Below are positions 12,879 to 26,684 of a DNA stretch of 64,000 bases, piece by piece. Origin of the DNA: Ranitomeya imitator (taxonomy: Eukaryota); the NCBI RefSeq assembly GCF_032444005.1, contig NC_091283.1:41354001-41418000 (forward strand). The letters run 5' to 3'. The notes beneath the pieces are model-generated. The model was not told where the DNA came from and did no database searches. It saw only the letters and a list, made by a program, of their open reading frames with translations. The position numbers and the translations under genes were made by a program. The first letter of the stretch is position 1; every line of letters starts with the position of its first letter.

Positions 12879-15039
12879 TTGTTTATATAATGGGGGTTAA
12901 CACGATCAACACAATTGGCACAGGAATGTCCATAATAGGCCCAGCAATTCCCAGAGGAGCATCCATTGGGTCCCCTATTGTTATAGAAATCAGGAAAGCA
13001 CAATACTTCACTTTTGCTCAGAGGGTTACTTCCATATGTCTTCTCTTTCGAGACAGATTTAATTATGAAATGCCACTTAATTTTTTTTATGGCATAAATA
13101 TGCCCCTTCTTTCAGCCCGCACCCCTCTGTTGCAGACCATGCCCCGTCCATGCACCGTTACCCACCTCCCAACGTGCAGCTTAAAAGGCATTAACACTTC
13201 CTAGTGGGGGGTTGAGTGTTGCCAAATTCTTTGGGAGTCCAGAATGTTTCCCCCTTTTCAGAATGTTCCGGGAAAGTTGTTCTACTGTTCTTTAATTAAA
13301 AAAAAAAAATAAGAACTACCGGTAGTTAAGTTTTTTTGCATTTTTCTTTTTTTCTTTTTGCATTAAGTAAAAGAGCGTAGTTTGTTTCATCTTCTCCATT
13401 TTTTTTTCATAATATGATTTGTTGTGAAATAAGGAACCTTTAATGGGGCGATCTATCAAATGTGCACAGATTCGGGAGTAGGAGGATAGTGGGCTTCTCA
13501 TGGTATGAAGCAGAGTGTCTCACTACAGCAATTACTTTCAGAAGAGCAGCAGAATTTATTGCATTTGATATTGAATACCTAAAAATCAATGTCCGCTGCC
13601 AAGCACCACAGCCCCTAATCGCGCCGCTATTACCAGAAAACAACAAACATATTTACAAAGCAGAGCGGAATTTGAGATCGATGCAAGGAAGTCATTCTGT
13701 ATTTACATAACTGCTGTTAATGGGGGCGAGTGGGAGCCCCTCGCTGTACAGGAGGATTATGTGGAGGCGAAAAGACGTGTACTTACTTACGTCACACATG
13801 AAGGTCATTTTCTGCCTTCCCTGTCCTGGTATAAAAATTCTGCCGGTTTTGGAGACCTGAAAGCAGGAAATAATATCAGAAGTTAAAGGTTTATTCCCAT
13901 TCCATACCCATAGTGGAGGTCCAAGATCTATGGCCAGTTATTGTTTTATTTGCCAATCCGGTGGTCTGTTCAAAACATGAGTAGTAGTAGCCACTGGCTA
14001 CACCGATGACTTGGGGATCTCACTGACTTAAACTGATCGACTTTCTAGGAGAGGTGAGAGGATCTTTTTATAAGGGTAAACCTCCCAAACTTCAGAAAAA
14101 GTTGACAAATATCGTAGAAGTGTCACAAACCTCCCAAATTTACCCGCAAAGCAGCACTTCCTGCTGGGCGTGCACAAACACTCGTCAGGAGGCGGTAAAA
14201 AAGGGTGTTTCAAAAGGAAGTGACCTGTATAAAGAGGTGTGCTTGTGCAAAAGGAAAAAATCCCCAGCTCCCGAGTCACCTACGGTAGCATCTCAAAAAG
14301 TCAGCAAGTATGCCATACAAAGCCAAAAGATGGAAACAAAATGAGCAAATACCCTGTTATAAGGCAAACGTAACATATAAATACAGTAATATAGGATACT
14401 TAGTAAACACTGTTTTTGATTTAAAAAAAAAAGCGTAATAGTCATCCAACTACGAGAAGGTGTACCCCAATCGGGATGGTCCTATACTGTCTCTAACGTT
14501 AAAGTATGCCATACTCTTGAAATTTTAGGATGGGAGAGTAGAGGACCCTTCAGGAGTCACTCAAGGAGTGGGCAAATATGTCATATACTAGAGATTTATG
14601 ATGGTTGAAGAAGGTGATTCATGGATGAGCAAGACCAAATTCGGACTGGCCCACAGGAGAACAGGTGAAACCTCTGGTGGGCCGCTGTGCAGGAGTAAGC
14701 CCTCCAACCTACTTTATGAACAATAGCTGGTCCGATACACTTGAATCACCATGCACAGACAAAAGCAGCATCTCATTACTCATTCGCTGACTATTTGCCC
14801 TGGGTGAAACAAAGTCTAGCATCTAAGATGGTGTCATAGAATCCATGTGTCTCAATGGGACATTTTGGAGAGCTGGTCGCATTTTTGTGTCAATTATCTG
14901 TGCAAATAAAAGTGTAAAATCTGGAAAATTGACTCACTGAAATCAGATAAGGGGACGAGTGGTAAAACCTGGCACCATAATGGGGTTCATTTCAATAATT
15001 GTTGGTGCTGGTCACCACTTTCCCATGTATGCTGCTCCT

Positions 15040-15215
15040 CAGGGGCGGATTCAGACAGAAGGGTGCCTCTATGCAAGGACAACACATGGGCCTTTTGTAG
15101 TCCAATAGTTTCTTGTAATGCAGAATCCCACCTGTATTGGAGATGTAAATGCCCCTCTTGCCTCTTAGACCCCCTTTCGACTGCTCAGTCTGCACCAATG
15201 GTATGTCGGCCCCTG
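15040..15215. mobile_element. hAT-type MITE (176 bp)
   Basis: TIR CAGGGGC(G/C)GA; 8-bp flanks CTGCTCCT / CTGCTGCT (1 mismatch). Confidence 0.7.
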
Positions 15216-18200
15216 CTGCTGCTAACTTCATACGTGCATGATGTGGGTGTTATGTGCTCTACAACTCCACTTCTACATATCCTCCAACCTTAATCATCGT
15301 GACAGAAGAAAATAATTGGATTCCTTATAAAGACAGGATTTCCTGTGTCCACAGAGACGTCAGTCATCAGATTTCTATGCATTGAGTACATAAAAGCACA
15401 GACGTCTACTTATAGATGCTTCAGAAATAACCGTCTTAAACTAAATATTCCTGGATTTTCAATAATCCGTTATGTGGACATGAATCTGCATTTTTCTACC
15501 CTTCTATTTCTTTTTTGTCAATTCAAAGTAATTAAGAATGAAAATAGGAAATTAGAAAATGAATTATAAGTGTCAGTTTTTGCTTATATTTTATTCCCGC
15601 TGATCCACTGAAGATTCCGCTTTTTTTTTTTTTAGAGCTGCCATAAGGTTCTGGAGATAGGGTGCCTTTTTATTTAATGCAAATATGTATGGTCCTTACT
15701 AAGGGGGTAGTGCTCACAGGATCCTCTGGGGCGTGTCTGAAGGCTACTCTTCATTGTTAGCCTGTAAACCACTCCTCCTTTCTAAGGATCATAAAAATTA
15801 GCACTAAATAAAAAGGCCCTTATCTCTGGAACCATACGGCGGATTTAAAAAACAAAACAACCCCCCCCCCCCCTGAAAATTGATGAGAAGCCGAAATAAA
15901 ACAAAAGGAAGAACTGGCCACTTTTGGCCTGGTAACCTATCCCCTTTAAATCGGTCAGAACTAGAATTTATCGGACCCCGTAACAAAGTCGAAAGTTAAA
16001 TATGCATTGGCTTTATTTTACTATATAACTGGTCCCACCCATCCTTCATCAACACAAGACCTCAACCAAAGGGTCTCGTGTCATCACACACTGTTTTGAG
16101 GAGGCGGTGGGTGTGGTTATTTGGAGTTTATTTTGCATATAATCTAAGTAATCATTATTAAGAGAGATTCCATTTGTGAGGCATTTATGTATTACCTGAT
16201 CACTGGATAAGTGATAATAACTACAAGATCCCAGATGGACCGCCATAGTGGTAGACCATGGTCCTCTGTTACCTTTAGGTGCAAGATGGGAGTTAGGAGG
16301 ATTTTGGATGAGGTTTGGGTTGACCATATGGCCAGCCATTGTTTCTATCTCGATGAACCTGTCCATAAAATGTTTTTCACAGGATATCCTGTCTTGGCAA
16401 TCACAGAGGATCACCGAGGTCGGAGCTCAACCATTCTATCATTTGTTATCCATTAGAGGACAATAAGGATGGAATACCCCTTTGAATTTGACAATGAGTT
16501 TAATAGTAGTAAACTATCGTTCCCAGATATTATCTCGTCTCTGACCCTGTTATTTTATTTTTTTGGATTAAGGCTATAAGTTGGTTTATGCTACAAAATA
16601 AGATATCAGTATCACAGAAGGCACATGGTAGGTACGGGACCCTTTACAGATTTTGACAGTCAAGTCCAGGTAAAACAGGCCCGACTTGGGGTGGAGGAAT
16701 TATAGGGAGGTCTGACATGGTTCGTAGTAAGAAAAATGGAGATAGGTGGAGTTAGTGGGGTCACAGTAAGGAAAGTGGGTTAAGTAGTAAAGGGAAGTTT
16801 TACAGCCATTGTCTTACAGGGGACATAGTAAAAATGTCTACCAACCATCACAAGAAGTCTAGATTGTCCTACAGTAGATGCCCTTGTGACGGAAGCTGGG
16901 TTGTTGATAGTGGCAGCGTCCTTGAACTTGGAAGAAAAAGTGGTTGAGAAGTTGAATGGACATCGTGCTGGGCCTACTAACCGGAAGAGGCTGCCTACGT
17001 ATCGGAAATGGTTCACAGGGCTCTAGTTTGGCGGCCACAGATTACTGACATGGCCACTGGACCAGTATCTTGCAAATCTTTTTGTTTTTGCTATTAGAAA
17101 GTAGAAAGATGAAAGTCATAATATTCTGGACTCCTCCTGGTGGTTGGTACTCATGGTTTGGGTCTGGAATTTTGAGGGCTCTCCTGCACATTGGCCTAAT
17201 GGGCGACCAAGGTGGCTCTTAAGGTTGTCGACGACGTGAACGAAGCTGCACCAGAGGTGTAGGACCAGCCCTTGTGTATATTATGTAGACGTTGTGAAAT
17301 CAGAGCTCAACATGTTTGTTATATATTTATTATGGATGAGGTCAGTTCATCACAACCAGTTACTGTGACGTTTATTAATGGATTATGGTGACCTAGCAAA
17401 TAAAGAAAGTGGATAATGCCCTCACAATGATTTCCAGTGTAAAAGTGGAATGTCCCTTTAAGCCAGCTTCCTCGATAATATAGAGCACATTATGTTAGAA
17501 GAGTTAGTAAGGATTTATACATTAGTATGTGATTTGTATTTGCCTCTCACTGAGAATTTTTGTTTTATACTTTGGTAATTTCTTTTTTATTATCATTAAT
17601 ATTCTTGAATTCCTGTATCAGATTGATTACTGGTATAATTGAATAGCTCAGCCGTCGTTATTGTTTATCACATGATTTGCGGGATTCAATCTGTGTTTTC
17701 TTACCGTTCTATTATTTTGAACTGAAGCTGTCACACTTCTCTTCAAATTTTCTATTATCCATTAAAACGTACTGAGATTTGTGTACAGTAATTTTCGTCA
17801 GGTGTATAATTATATATAATGGATTATTTTATGTGAAGTTTCGCAAATTTTATTTTACGATTCCATATACAGAGATGACAATATAACCTTAAAGGGCATT
17901 TTTTTCCTTTGCAACTACCAATCTTAAAAAAAAGTTTGCCTAAATGGGTTTTCTCATAACCCCAAAGCTTTCTCTAAAGATTGTTTCACCGCTGATTAGT
18001 TTGATCACTGTTGATTGACCTCTTAGAATCACTTGCAGGCTTTCCCTGCAGTGGCCACTACAGGTGAGGGGTAGTATTACACTCTTGGATAAATGGATGG
18101 GCCAAGTTCTCTAGAACGGGACCTTTATTTGCATCAAAATTTTAGTCAACAGCGGATATATACATCGGAGGAATTCCTTGTGTGACACATTCATAGGCTC

Positions 18201-18258
18201 CCATGCACCCTTTGCCATGTGATTGGCTATGTTATTGGCTTTGTTTGCCATGAGCTTA

Positions 18259-18261
<3 letters not shown>

Positions 18262-18296
<35 letters not shown>
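18262..18296. repeat. (AT)n microsatellite
   Basis: Direct reading. Confidence 0.98.
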
Positions 18297-18301
<5 letters not shown>

Positions 18302-21300
18302 TTCACCGTATAGGAATACATAGTTTATCATGGTGAAAAAATGGTTACCACATAAAATTAATTTTAAAATGAGAGCCTATAGTCAATACATCCCATGGTG
18401 TGCCTATACAGAGAGATATGTTGTAGTATCGGCACTATATGGTGTTTTAGCCTCAAATAAGCGTATGCAAGATCATGCCTAGCAGATCCTTTTTATGCTT
18501 GTTGTAGGGGACAGCTTAATAAAATTTGCTTGGCATAATAAGTTAAAATGGAGATATATGGCTCTCATTCGAAGACCTGTGCCATGGATAAGGTGGTAGT
18601 AACAGTTTTAATATCAATAGTAAGGTTTCGGTACTCAACATTTTGCAATAACCCAATCCTTACCTTTTCTCTTTTGGTCCATTAAAAAAAGTCTCAACAT
18701 GTATGATGCATTGAGTTAACAGTTACGGACTGCATTGGCTTGATATTGTGGTTTGGGTGGATTCTGTCTGCTCATATTGCCTTTGGGTCAAAACTGTGAA
18801 TCAGACCACCTTCTATTGAGAGTCAGATGTTGGGACATCTTGATTACACAAATGATATATGAGGGTACATATTGCCTGAAAATGGCCTTCTAAAATTAGG
18901 TCTACCAACAGTGTAATCAACTAGATCTGTTGCTGGTTGCCATCTCTGCTGAGGTGGTCATCTTCTGTAAGGTTATATCACATACTTGCCTTGGATGTGG
19001 TTACCTCCACGCGCTCTCTTTTTGGCTGCCACAAGTCGCCCAGCCTGTCTCAGTGACATAATCTCCCATTGGACACAACGTTTTGTCTAAGTGTTAAGAC
19101 TGGTAACGTCTTTTCAGACTTCTGTGATTCTGCATCGAGCACATACGACTCCACAAAACCAGCCGGTTAACCCGTCGTTTGCAGTGAGCACTACGGACTG
19201 ACATTTACACAAAGAACTGACAATTAGAGAACAGTAATTAAGCAGCCTTTATCTTTGCAAATATCTGTGATTTCTACAAAACCTAACCTGCTGGTTAACC
19301 CTCTGTTAGCTCTCTGTTAGTCAACCCATTGTTTGCTGCAAGCATCACAAGCTATTTTGCCACCAACATTTGTATGCTGCTTTAGGCCTGCCATTTTACT
19401 TTTCATTTGCCCTCCTGTTTTTTTGGCTTCCAGTATGTCCTGACTCACCTGTTCGTCTGCCACTCAGGATAACCAATTGTCCGGATCCTAATATTTCACG
19501 TTTCTTTCAGGGTGCTGGGCCAATGTGTTGTGTAAGTGTGTCCATCAGTTGAGACTAACAGGCATCTACTTAGATGACAGTTCACCACAGTGAATCTATA
19601 GTGGCTTGGATACAGATACTCCATGACCAAGAGTGAGGTAGATCCCGATCTTGAGCAATTTGTGATCTTCCACCTACACTTTTAGACAATAACCAAACCA
19701 ATCATGCTGAAGTTGGCCAGTATGCCAAAACATCACTATTATGTGTTTTTATGCTTCTCAGTAAAGCATTAAAAAATGTAAGTGGTGCTACCATGGACCT
19801 TTCTTGCATGTTGGACTTCTACAGCAGGTCAAGGTGGAACTCCCCACCAATTTACCATAGTGTGACATACTGGAGCACACACTTGGCATGCACCATTGAC
19901 TTCTTCTCTAATATGATATTCAGTACAATCTCATGCTCGTTATTATATTGCTGTAGTCTATGTGTAATACACCTGGGATTTAGATATTAAAGGTCACTTC
20001 TACATGGCCAAGAAAATATAGACAATCACTAATGATGTGCAAGTCTCATCGACTTTCGGCTGACAGTCATTAGTGGTGTGCTGCTTGCAGATAGCAGTCT
20101 ATATTGATTTTTGAGTCTAAGACTTATATAACAGTCACTACAGGTGTTTCTGCGATGTCATATGGCAGCAGACAGATATTATAAAGGGATCAGAGCTATG
20201 ATGGATGCATGAGCGATACTAATGCATCTGTCACTAACAGTCTGACCGTAATTACGGTAGTTTTTCCACCACCTGGATATGAGTTACTAATTTACAAATT
20301 GATTTGCAAATTGGTGACGTTCCGTTTGTATTGCCTATTAAACGTCCACAATGTCTTCGACTCCGTGCTCTTGTAACGTGGCGAGGGGTAGTAGCCGTGG
20401 GCGAGGTACTCGTTTCTTATACTCCGGCACATTACATGAAATGGGATACTGGCTGGTCATTCGGTCTTCATGCTGATTCTCCTTTTCTCTTTACTCTGGT
20501 TCATGCTATCCACTGTTTCGTTCTCTCCTCACTTTAGGACACCCAAGTCAGGTGGCACTGCTTACTTTCCAGACCTTAGGTCTACTTCAGATGCACATTG
20601 GGCCATATCTGGCAGGAAATGATCTCTGTCCCTTCACTGTAGCCCATCTCACACTGGGCTAGTTCCAACCATTAACTCTAACTCTCCCTACTGCCAACCA
20701 GAACCCAATACCAACACTATTAACCCATGTCGCAGTTCACATTACGCATTACAACAATACGCGTGTTCTTCAAGGGGGAACAGGGGCAGTAAGTCCACCT
20801 CCTTAAACGCTTAACACTATGCAAATATCACATCTTGAATCTTGACTCAAACACGTTAATACCAGTTTTATCACGGAGCTGTAAGGAAGAAGACAATAAA
20901 TATGATGGTAATGACCGAATGTTGGTGCAGCGATTGCGCCCATAAACAAGAATGAATGGGGACACGAAGTTTATTGGTATTACAATGAAGAAGAACAATC
21001 ATATTTTGTGCATTCAATAAAATATACTGCCGAGATTTACAGGGCGAACATTAAAAACTCGGAAACGGGAGATTCATCAAAGCTAGTGGTGAGCGTAACT
21101 GGAGGAGCTGCCCATTGCAACCAGATTCCTGCTCTTGGTTTTTAGAGACACTTGGTCAATAAAATCTGCAAATTGATTGGTTTGCTTTTGCATTAATTTT
21201 AATAATGTCTCTACGATATATATACAGTATGTTAATGTACTGTATAAAGTTATGTTCACACTTGCTCTATGACATTACCGTAACTTTTATGAGACTGTGG

Positions 21301-21332
21301 ACATTATTCTTGGCCCCAAAAATAAGAGAAAC

Positions 21333-22249
21333 TGTAACACCACAGATAACCGGATGTTACAGTGATGTTGCCTTCCTTTCGGGGAGTGTGATATCATGCT
21401 TGGAGGCAAGAAAGATTCCCTTTATCAGGTAAGCACGTACATTCAACACATTCTGAATCCAGAAGGGGTAGCTCTGAACCCAAATTCAGCGGAGATCCCC
21501 TTGATACACATTCTGGAGGAGGAGTTAGTTAGTTTGGCCCAGGGAGTCCAAAGCAGACAGTCTGGAGTAGACAGTGGAGGAGAGAGGAGTGAGAGCAGAG
21601 AGTGGAGCCATGCAGCCAGGAGTGTGCAGCAGCTCCAGGAATGGAAGATAACCTGAAAGGTCAGAATGTAGTGAGCATCTGAGGAACGAAGCATAGGAGA
21701 AGGAAGAAGCTTAGAGGGGAACTGTGACCAGGCACCCTCTGAGCTGAAGCGCAGGAACCAAGCACCGGGAGCCCGAGGCTGTGTTCTACTCCAGGTCGCA
21801 CAACAGAACCCGAGGACAAAGGACTTTATGTAATTTGTCCGCACCCACACCTGAACGTGCAGCAGTACACGAAGAGCCCGGGTTGTGATAGAAACCCTAT
21901 AAAAAGGCTCACACTGTCCACCATACAGGTATCTGTCTCTGGACAGGAGAGAGATGACTTTGTCAGGGAGCAGCAGCCAGCAAAGGCCTTGCATATGAGA
22001 GTGAACAGGAAGGCTTATGGACCTCACCTTGGAGAAGGACCCACCATTGCCTCCAGGCTGGCACCCTGGACTGTGGCCTGATTCAACCAGTAAACCAGGT
22101 AAAGATGTTACAACCCTGTGTCCTCCATTTATTTGCTGGCAAACACTACACCATCCTTGCCATACACCTTGGAAGCCCTGGGGACCCTGCTTCACCTGTG
22201 GGAAGTGTCACCATCTTTGCTACAGAAACATCATCCTCAGAGGGTGTGA
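21333..22249 (+). mobile_element. LTR, family A
   Basis: Starts TGTAACACC; colinear with the reverse complement of 1899-2573 and with 1500-1710. Confidence 0.7.
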
Positions 22250-22480
22250 CTAGCAGCCTCACCCAATCTGACCATGGACATGCAGCAGCTAATGACACTG
22301 AGGTCCGTGGAAAGACAAGGGAGGTGATCCAGGTGCTACTTCAGGTCTGACCTTGGGTAGATGGCGGCAGACCCCTAGGAACAGATAGCTGGGATGGCCA
22401 GGGGGAATGTCCAACAGATGCAGGCAGACAGAAAAGAAGACAGGAACAGCAGCTGCAGACAGGACAGTGTGACGGAAAGA

Positions 22481-22790
22481 TGAGCACTGGTGGGTTCAGT
22501 TGGCTCGGTTGCTGTTGAGGTGAGCACTGGCGGGTGCAGCTGGCTCAGCTGCCATTGAGGAAAGCACTGGTGGGTGCAGCTGGCTCGGCTGCCATTGAGG
22601 AAAGCACTTGCGGGTGCAGCTGGCTCAGCTGCCGTTGAGGAAAGCACTTGCGGGTGCGGCTGGCTCGGCTGCGATTGAGGTGAGCACTGGCGGGTGCAGC
22701 TGGCTCAACTGCTGTTGAGGAAAGCACTGGCGGGTGCAGCAGGCTCAGCTGCAGTTGAAGAAAGCACTGACGGGTGAAGCAGGCTAGGAT
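22481..22790 (+). repeat. 40-bp GC-rich minisatellite (~7-8 copies) in LTR-derived sequence
   Basis: AAAGCACTGGCGGGTGCAGCTGGCTCAGCTGCCGTTGAGG; period 40 (22561 to 22601). Confidence 0.9.
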
Positions 22791-23109
22791 ACCAGTTCTG
22801 GGACCTGAGAACTGACAAGTGGGTTAGGAACAAACTCACAACATTGCACAGGCACCTCCGTGTTGGAGGAGGCTCTTTAAATAGAATGTGACCTCCAGCT
22901 ATTGGCTGGGGATACTTTAGAGGAATGCGCGTGGCCCCTTTAAGAAAGAGGAAGTGTGCGCACCCTAAGCACAGTGTGTGAAGACCTGATAGAAGTGCAT
23001 GCACCCCGGGCAGCAGCAGACCTGGTGAGTACGCTGGTGTCTCTGCAGGGAGAGAGGGACTGCAGGCAGGGAAGTGGGCGCTACACTCATAATGGCATCC
23101 CTCGGATTC

Positions 23110-23240
23110 CGTCATGGTTTTGAGTCGCCCACCAGGGTAGTGGGGTACTTGGTACCGGGTCCTGTCGTTATTAAAGGGGAGGTCACGATGGCTGCAACCT
23201 GGTCTGTGGCCCTGGGCGCTCAAGTAAAAGGGAAAGGTCC
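23110..23240 (-). mobile_element. 3' end of a family A LTR
   Basis: Reverse complement aligns to 1780-1898 (GGACCCGGTACC.AGTACCCCAC...GG(C/T)GACTCA). Confidence 0.7.
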
Positions 23241-25112
23241 CTCCAGATCTTCCTTGGTCTTTGGCACAGTGGTTCTACCACCCAGCCTGATACAATGAGC
23301 TCATTCTGCGATCTGTTACAAAGGCATAGTTTGATCATGATGCCAGAAAGAACAGGTTACCCTGATATGGTTTGACCATTTTATCCACACACTTCCTAAT
23401 TATATTCAAACAATTTTCAGACTTTATCGGTTCCTCTTAGAAGAAATGTAGGTTAACTTGACCTCAGTACATGATAAACATCTTCGATTTGTGCTGAATA
23501 CATTTTCCGCAAATTGAATTTCACGAATAAATTTTGGCAAAACTAGAGAATTTGGGGTCGCGTACTGTATATCCCTTTCATTTAATGTGAAAACCAACCA
23601 ATAGATTACAAGGAAGGTATATATTATGTCACAAGGGTGGTAATGACTTCATTGAGAACTGAAAATTGAAATCGTTTTTTAACCTGAAGACAAAATGTTC
23701 TTTTTTTGCAATAAAAGAAGAACTTCTGAAACCATTTACTTTTTCATGCATCTCAGTCCTTATCACCGATGATATCGGTCACACAAAGCTTCATTTGCAT
23801 AATAAAATGAGAGTCATTAATATTACACAGCAAAGTGACCTTAGTTAATTATAGAACACAAATCCCAGAAGGGGTCTTGGCTATCAATCAGATGTGTTTA
23901 CAATGAAGCATTGTATTTTGCTATGCTCCTAGCTGCTAAGCTTCTTCTAATGAGTGTTACCAAATTAGATTACTTTCATAATTCAGTTAATTTAGATGGA
24001 ATGAGGCGTTGCGGCGGTATGGGCGCTGTGGACACAACAGGTCTGTGACTGATGGATGGAAAGGAAAGGTTCGGAAATTCCTCAAGTGGAAGAAATAGAG
24101 GGAAAAAAAAAATGTTTTTACAAAGGTCTCGGAATTCGAGGGAGGTAGCTGTGTGCCAGCTTTCTCTGTGTATATGCCAGCTGCCTGGGTGCTAATTGCC
24201 ATTTGGCAGTAAAAAGCTGAAAGGCATTTTTTTTTTTACATGGAATTGTTTAATCATCTGCCTGGTGACAAGTTACTGAACGTGATGATAACACAAGGAA
24301 CATGTGGTTTCATTGGCGGTAGTTTGCGTAGCAGGCATCAGATTTATGCAGCTCCCTGTAAAAAGTCTCCGTAGATGAAGGTCAGATACAAATCTTCATG
24401 TCATAGTGTTATCAGAAGTGCGGGAATTTATAAAAAATATTGCCTTGAGATGAGCATTTTAAGGCATAAATTAGCCTGGCATTCCTTCTGCATGGACAGA
24501 CCTCACGTTAAGTTATCTCTTCAGCTCAAATAGGCATCCAAGAAAAGACTTTTCAAAAGCCACTCCACTTAGCAAGGGCCCCAAGGCTCTTTTGTTTTCA
24601 CCCTTTCATCTAAATATCTTGTCTTTGATCCATGGACTAATGCATTGCATTCACGGAGTAGCTGCTGGCCGGTGGAGCAAGGTGGGGAAAAATTTGTACA
24701 AGCCAAGTCATAACCAGAGACAGTGACAAAATGGGGATCCAATATGAAGTCAAGGGCATAGACAAGTTCAGGAGGTCAGGCAGAGGTATCAGGCTTCCAG
24801 AAGTCAAATGCAGAAGGGCATCCAGGATTTAAGCAAGCAAAATAAACCAGGGGTGGACACACTGCATCTGCAGGCAGGCCCATGTGGGAGGGGATCCCAA
24901 TGGGCTGAGTTGCGCAGCATTTTGCCGATGTGTTCTTTTTGTTCTCCCTTCTTCTCTGACTCAGGTCATTGAGGAATAAGATCCTTCAACAGCTCAAGAC
25001 TATTGGGTGATGGTCCCTTAAAATCTGTCTGTGTTCATTAGATGCCTTGTATGTAGTTAATAAATTATTTGCTTCTCTTGAAGCATGGCCTTTCTTCAGG
25101 ATTCAAACTTAG

Positions 25113-25295
25113 AACTTAGAATCATAGAATCATAGAAGGTTAGAGTTTGAAGGGACCTCAAGAGTCATCATGTCCAACAGATGTCTGTCCAGCCTCTGTT
25201 TGAAGACTTCCATTGAATGAGAACTCACCACCTCTCGTGGCAGCCTGCTTCGCTTATTGATCACTCTCGCTGTCAAAAAGTGTTTTCTAATATAA
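25113..25295 (-). mobile_element. CR1 LINE 3' fragment with internal deletion
   Basis: (ATCATAGA)n tail; similar to 45180-45400. Confidence 0.75.
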
Positions 25296-25409
25296 CTTTT
25301 AGCATAGCAGGCAGGAGCTTCAGCAGTGAGCCACAGGCAACACTGTTCTAAGAATAGGATTGTATCTGCCTAAGATCTAAATAGTATTCTTCTTCATTAC
25401 AGGCATAAT

Positions 25410-26684
25410 GTTACATAGTTACATAGTTATTAAGGTTGAAGGAAGACTATATGTCCATCTAGTTCAACCCATAGCCTAACCTAACATGTTGATCCAGAGG
25501 AAGGCAAAAAAAACCCATGTGCAAAGAGTAAGCTCCACATTGGGGAAAAAAATTCCTTCCCGACTCCACATACGGCAATCAGACTAGTTCCCTGGATCAA
25601 CGCCCTATCAAGGAATCTAGTGTATATACCCTGTAACATTATACTTTTCCAGAAAGGTATCCAGTCCCCTCTTAAATTTAAGTAATGAATCACTCATTAC
25701 AACATCATACGGCAGAGAGTTCCATAGTCTCACTGCTCTTACAGTAAAGAATCCGCGTCTGTTATTATGCTTAAACCTTTTTTCCTCCAACCGCAGAGGA
25801 TGCCCCCTTGTCCCTGTTTCAGGTCTATGATTAAAAAGATCATCAGAAAGGTCTTTGTACTGTCCCCTCATATATTTATACATTAAAATAAGATCACCCC
25901 TTAGTCTTCCTTTTTCCAAACTAAATAGCCCCAAGTGTAATAACCTATCTTGGTATTGCAGACCCCCCAGTCCTCTAATAACCTTGGTCGCTCTTCTCTG
26001 CACCCGCTCCAGTTCAGCTATGTCTTTCTTAAACACCAGAGACCAGAACTGTGCACAGTATTCTAAGTGTGGTCGAACTAGTGACTTGTATAGAGGTAAA
26101 ATTATGTTCTCCTCATGAGCATCTATGCCTCTTTTAATGCATCCCATTATTTTATTTGCCTTTGTAGCAGCTGCCTGACACTGGCCACTGAATTTAAGTT
26201 TGTCATCCACCCATACACCCAGGTCTTTTTCATTGACGGTTTTGCCCAGAGTTTTAGAATTAAGCACATAATTATACATCTTATTACTTCTACCCAAGTG
26301 CATGACCTTACATTTATCCCCATTAAAGCTCATTTGCCATTTATCAGCCCAAGCTTCTAGTTTACATAAATCATCCTGTAATATAAAATTGTCCTCCTCT
26401 GTATTGATTACCCTGCAGAGTTTAGTGTCATCTGCAAATATTGAAATTCTACTCTGAATGCCCCCTACAAGGTCATTAATAAATATGTTAAAAAGAAGAG
26501 GGCCCAATACTGACCCCTGTGGTACCCCACTGCTAACCGCTACCCAGTCCGAGTGTGCTCCATTAATAACCACCCTTTGTTTCCTATCCCTGAGCCAGCT
26601 CTCAACCCACTTGCACATATTTTCCCCTATCCCCATTATTCTCATTTTATGTATCAACCTTTTGTGTGGCACCGTATCAAAAGC
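25410..26684 (-). mobile_element. 5'-truncated CR1 LINE; 351-aa open RT/C-terminal frame (25617-26672)
   Basis: GVPQGSVLGPLLFNIFINDL, FADDTKL, RPHLEYCAQFW; (CATAGTTA)n tail. Confidence 0.97.

Noticed and set aside
11588-13204. 538-aa ORF and overlapping 322/247-aa ORFs
   Set aside because: Translation of a 39-bp minisatellite (13-aa period) inside a Helitron; no domain content
15750-17100. Possible decayed L1-like or other retroelement, including ORF 16049-16414
   Set aside because: Only vague resemblance; no RT or endonuclease motif could be read with confidence
21443-22195. 250-aa minus-strand ORF
   Set aside because: Lies within an LTR; the homologous copy at 1899-2573 does not keep the frame
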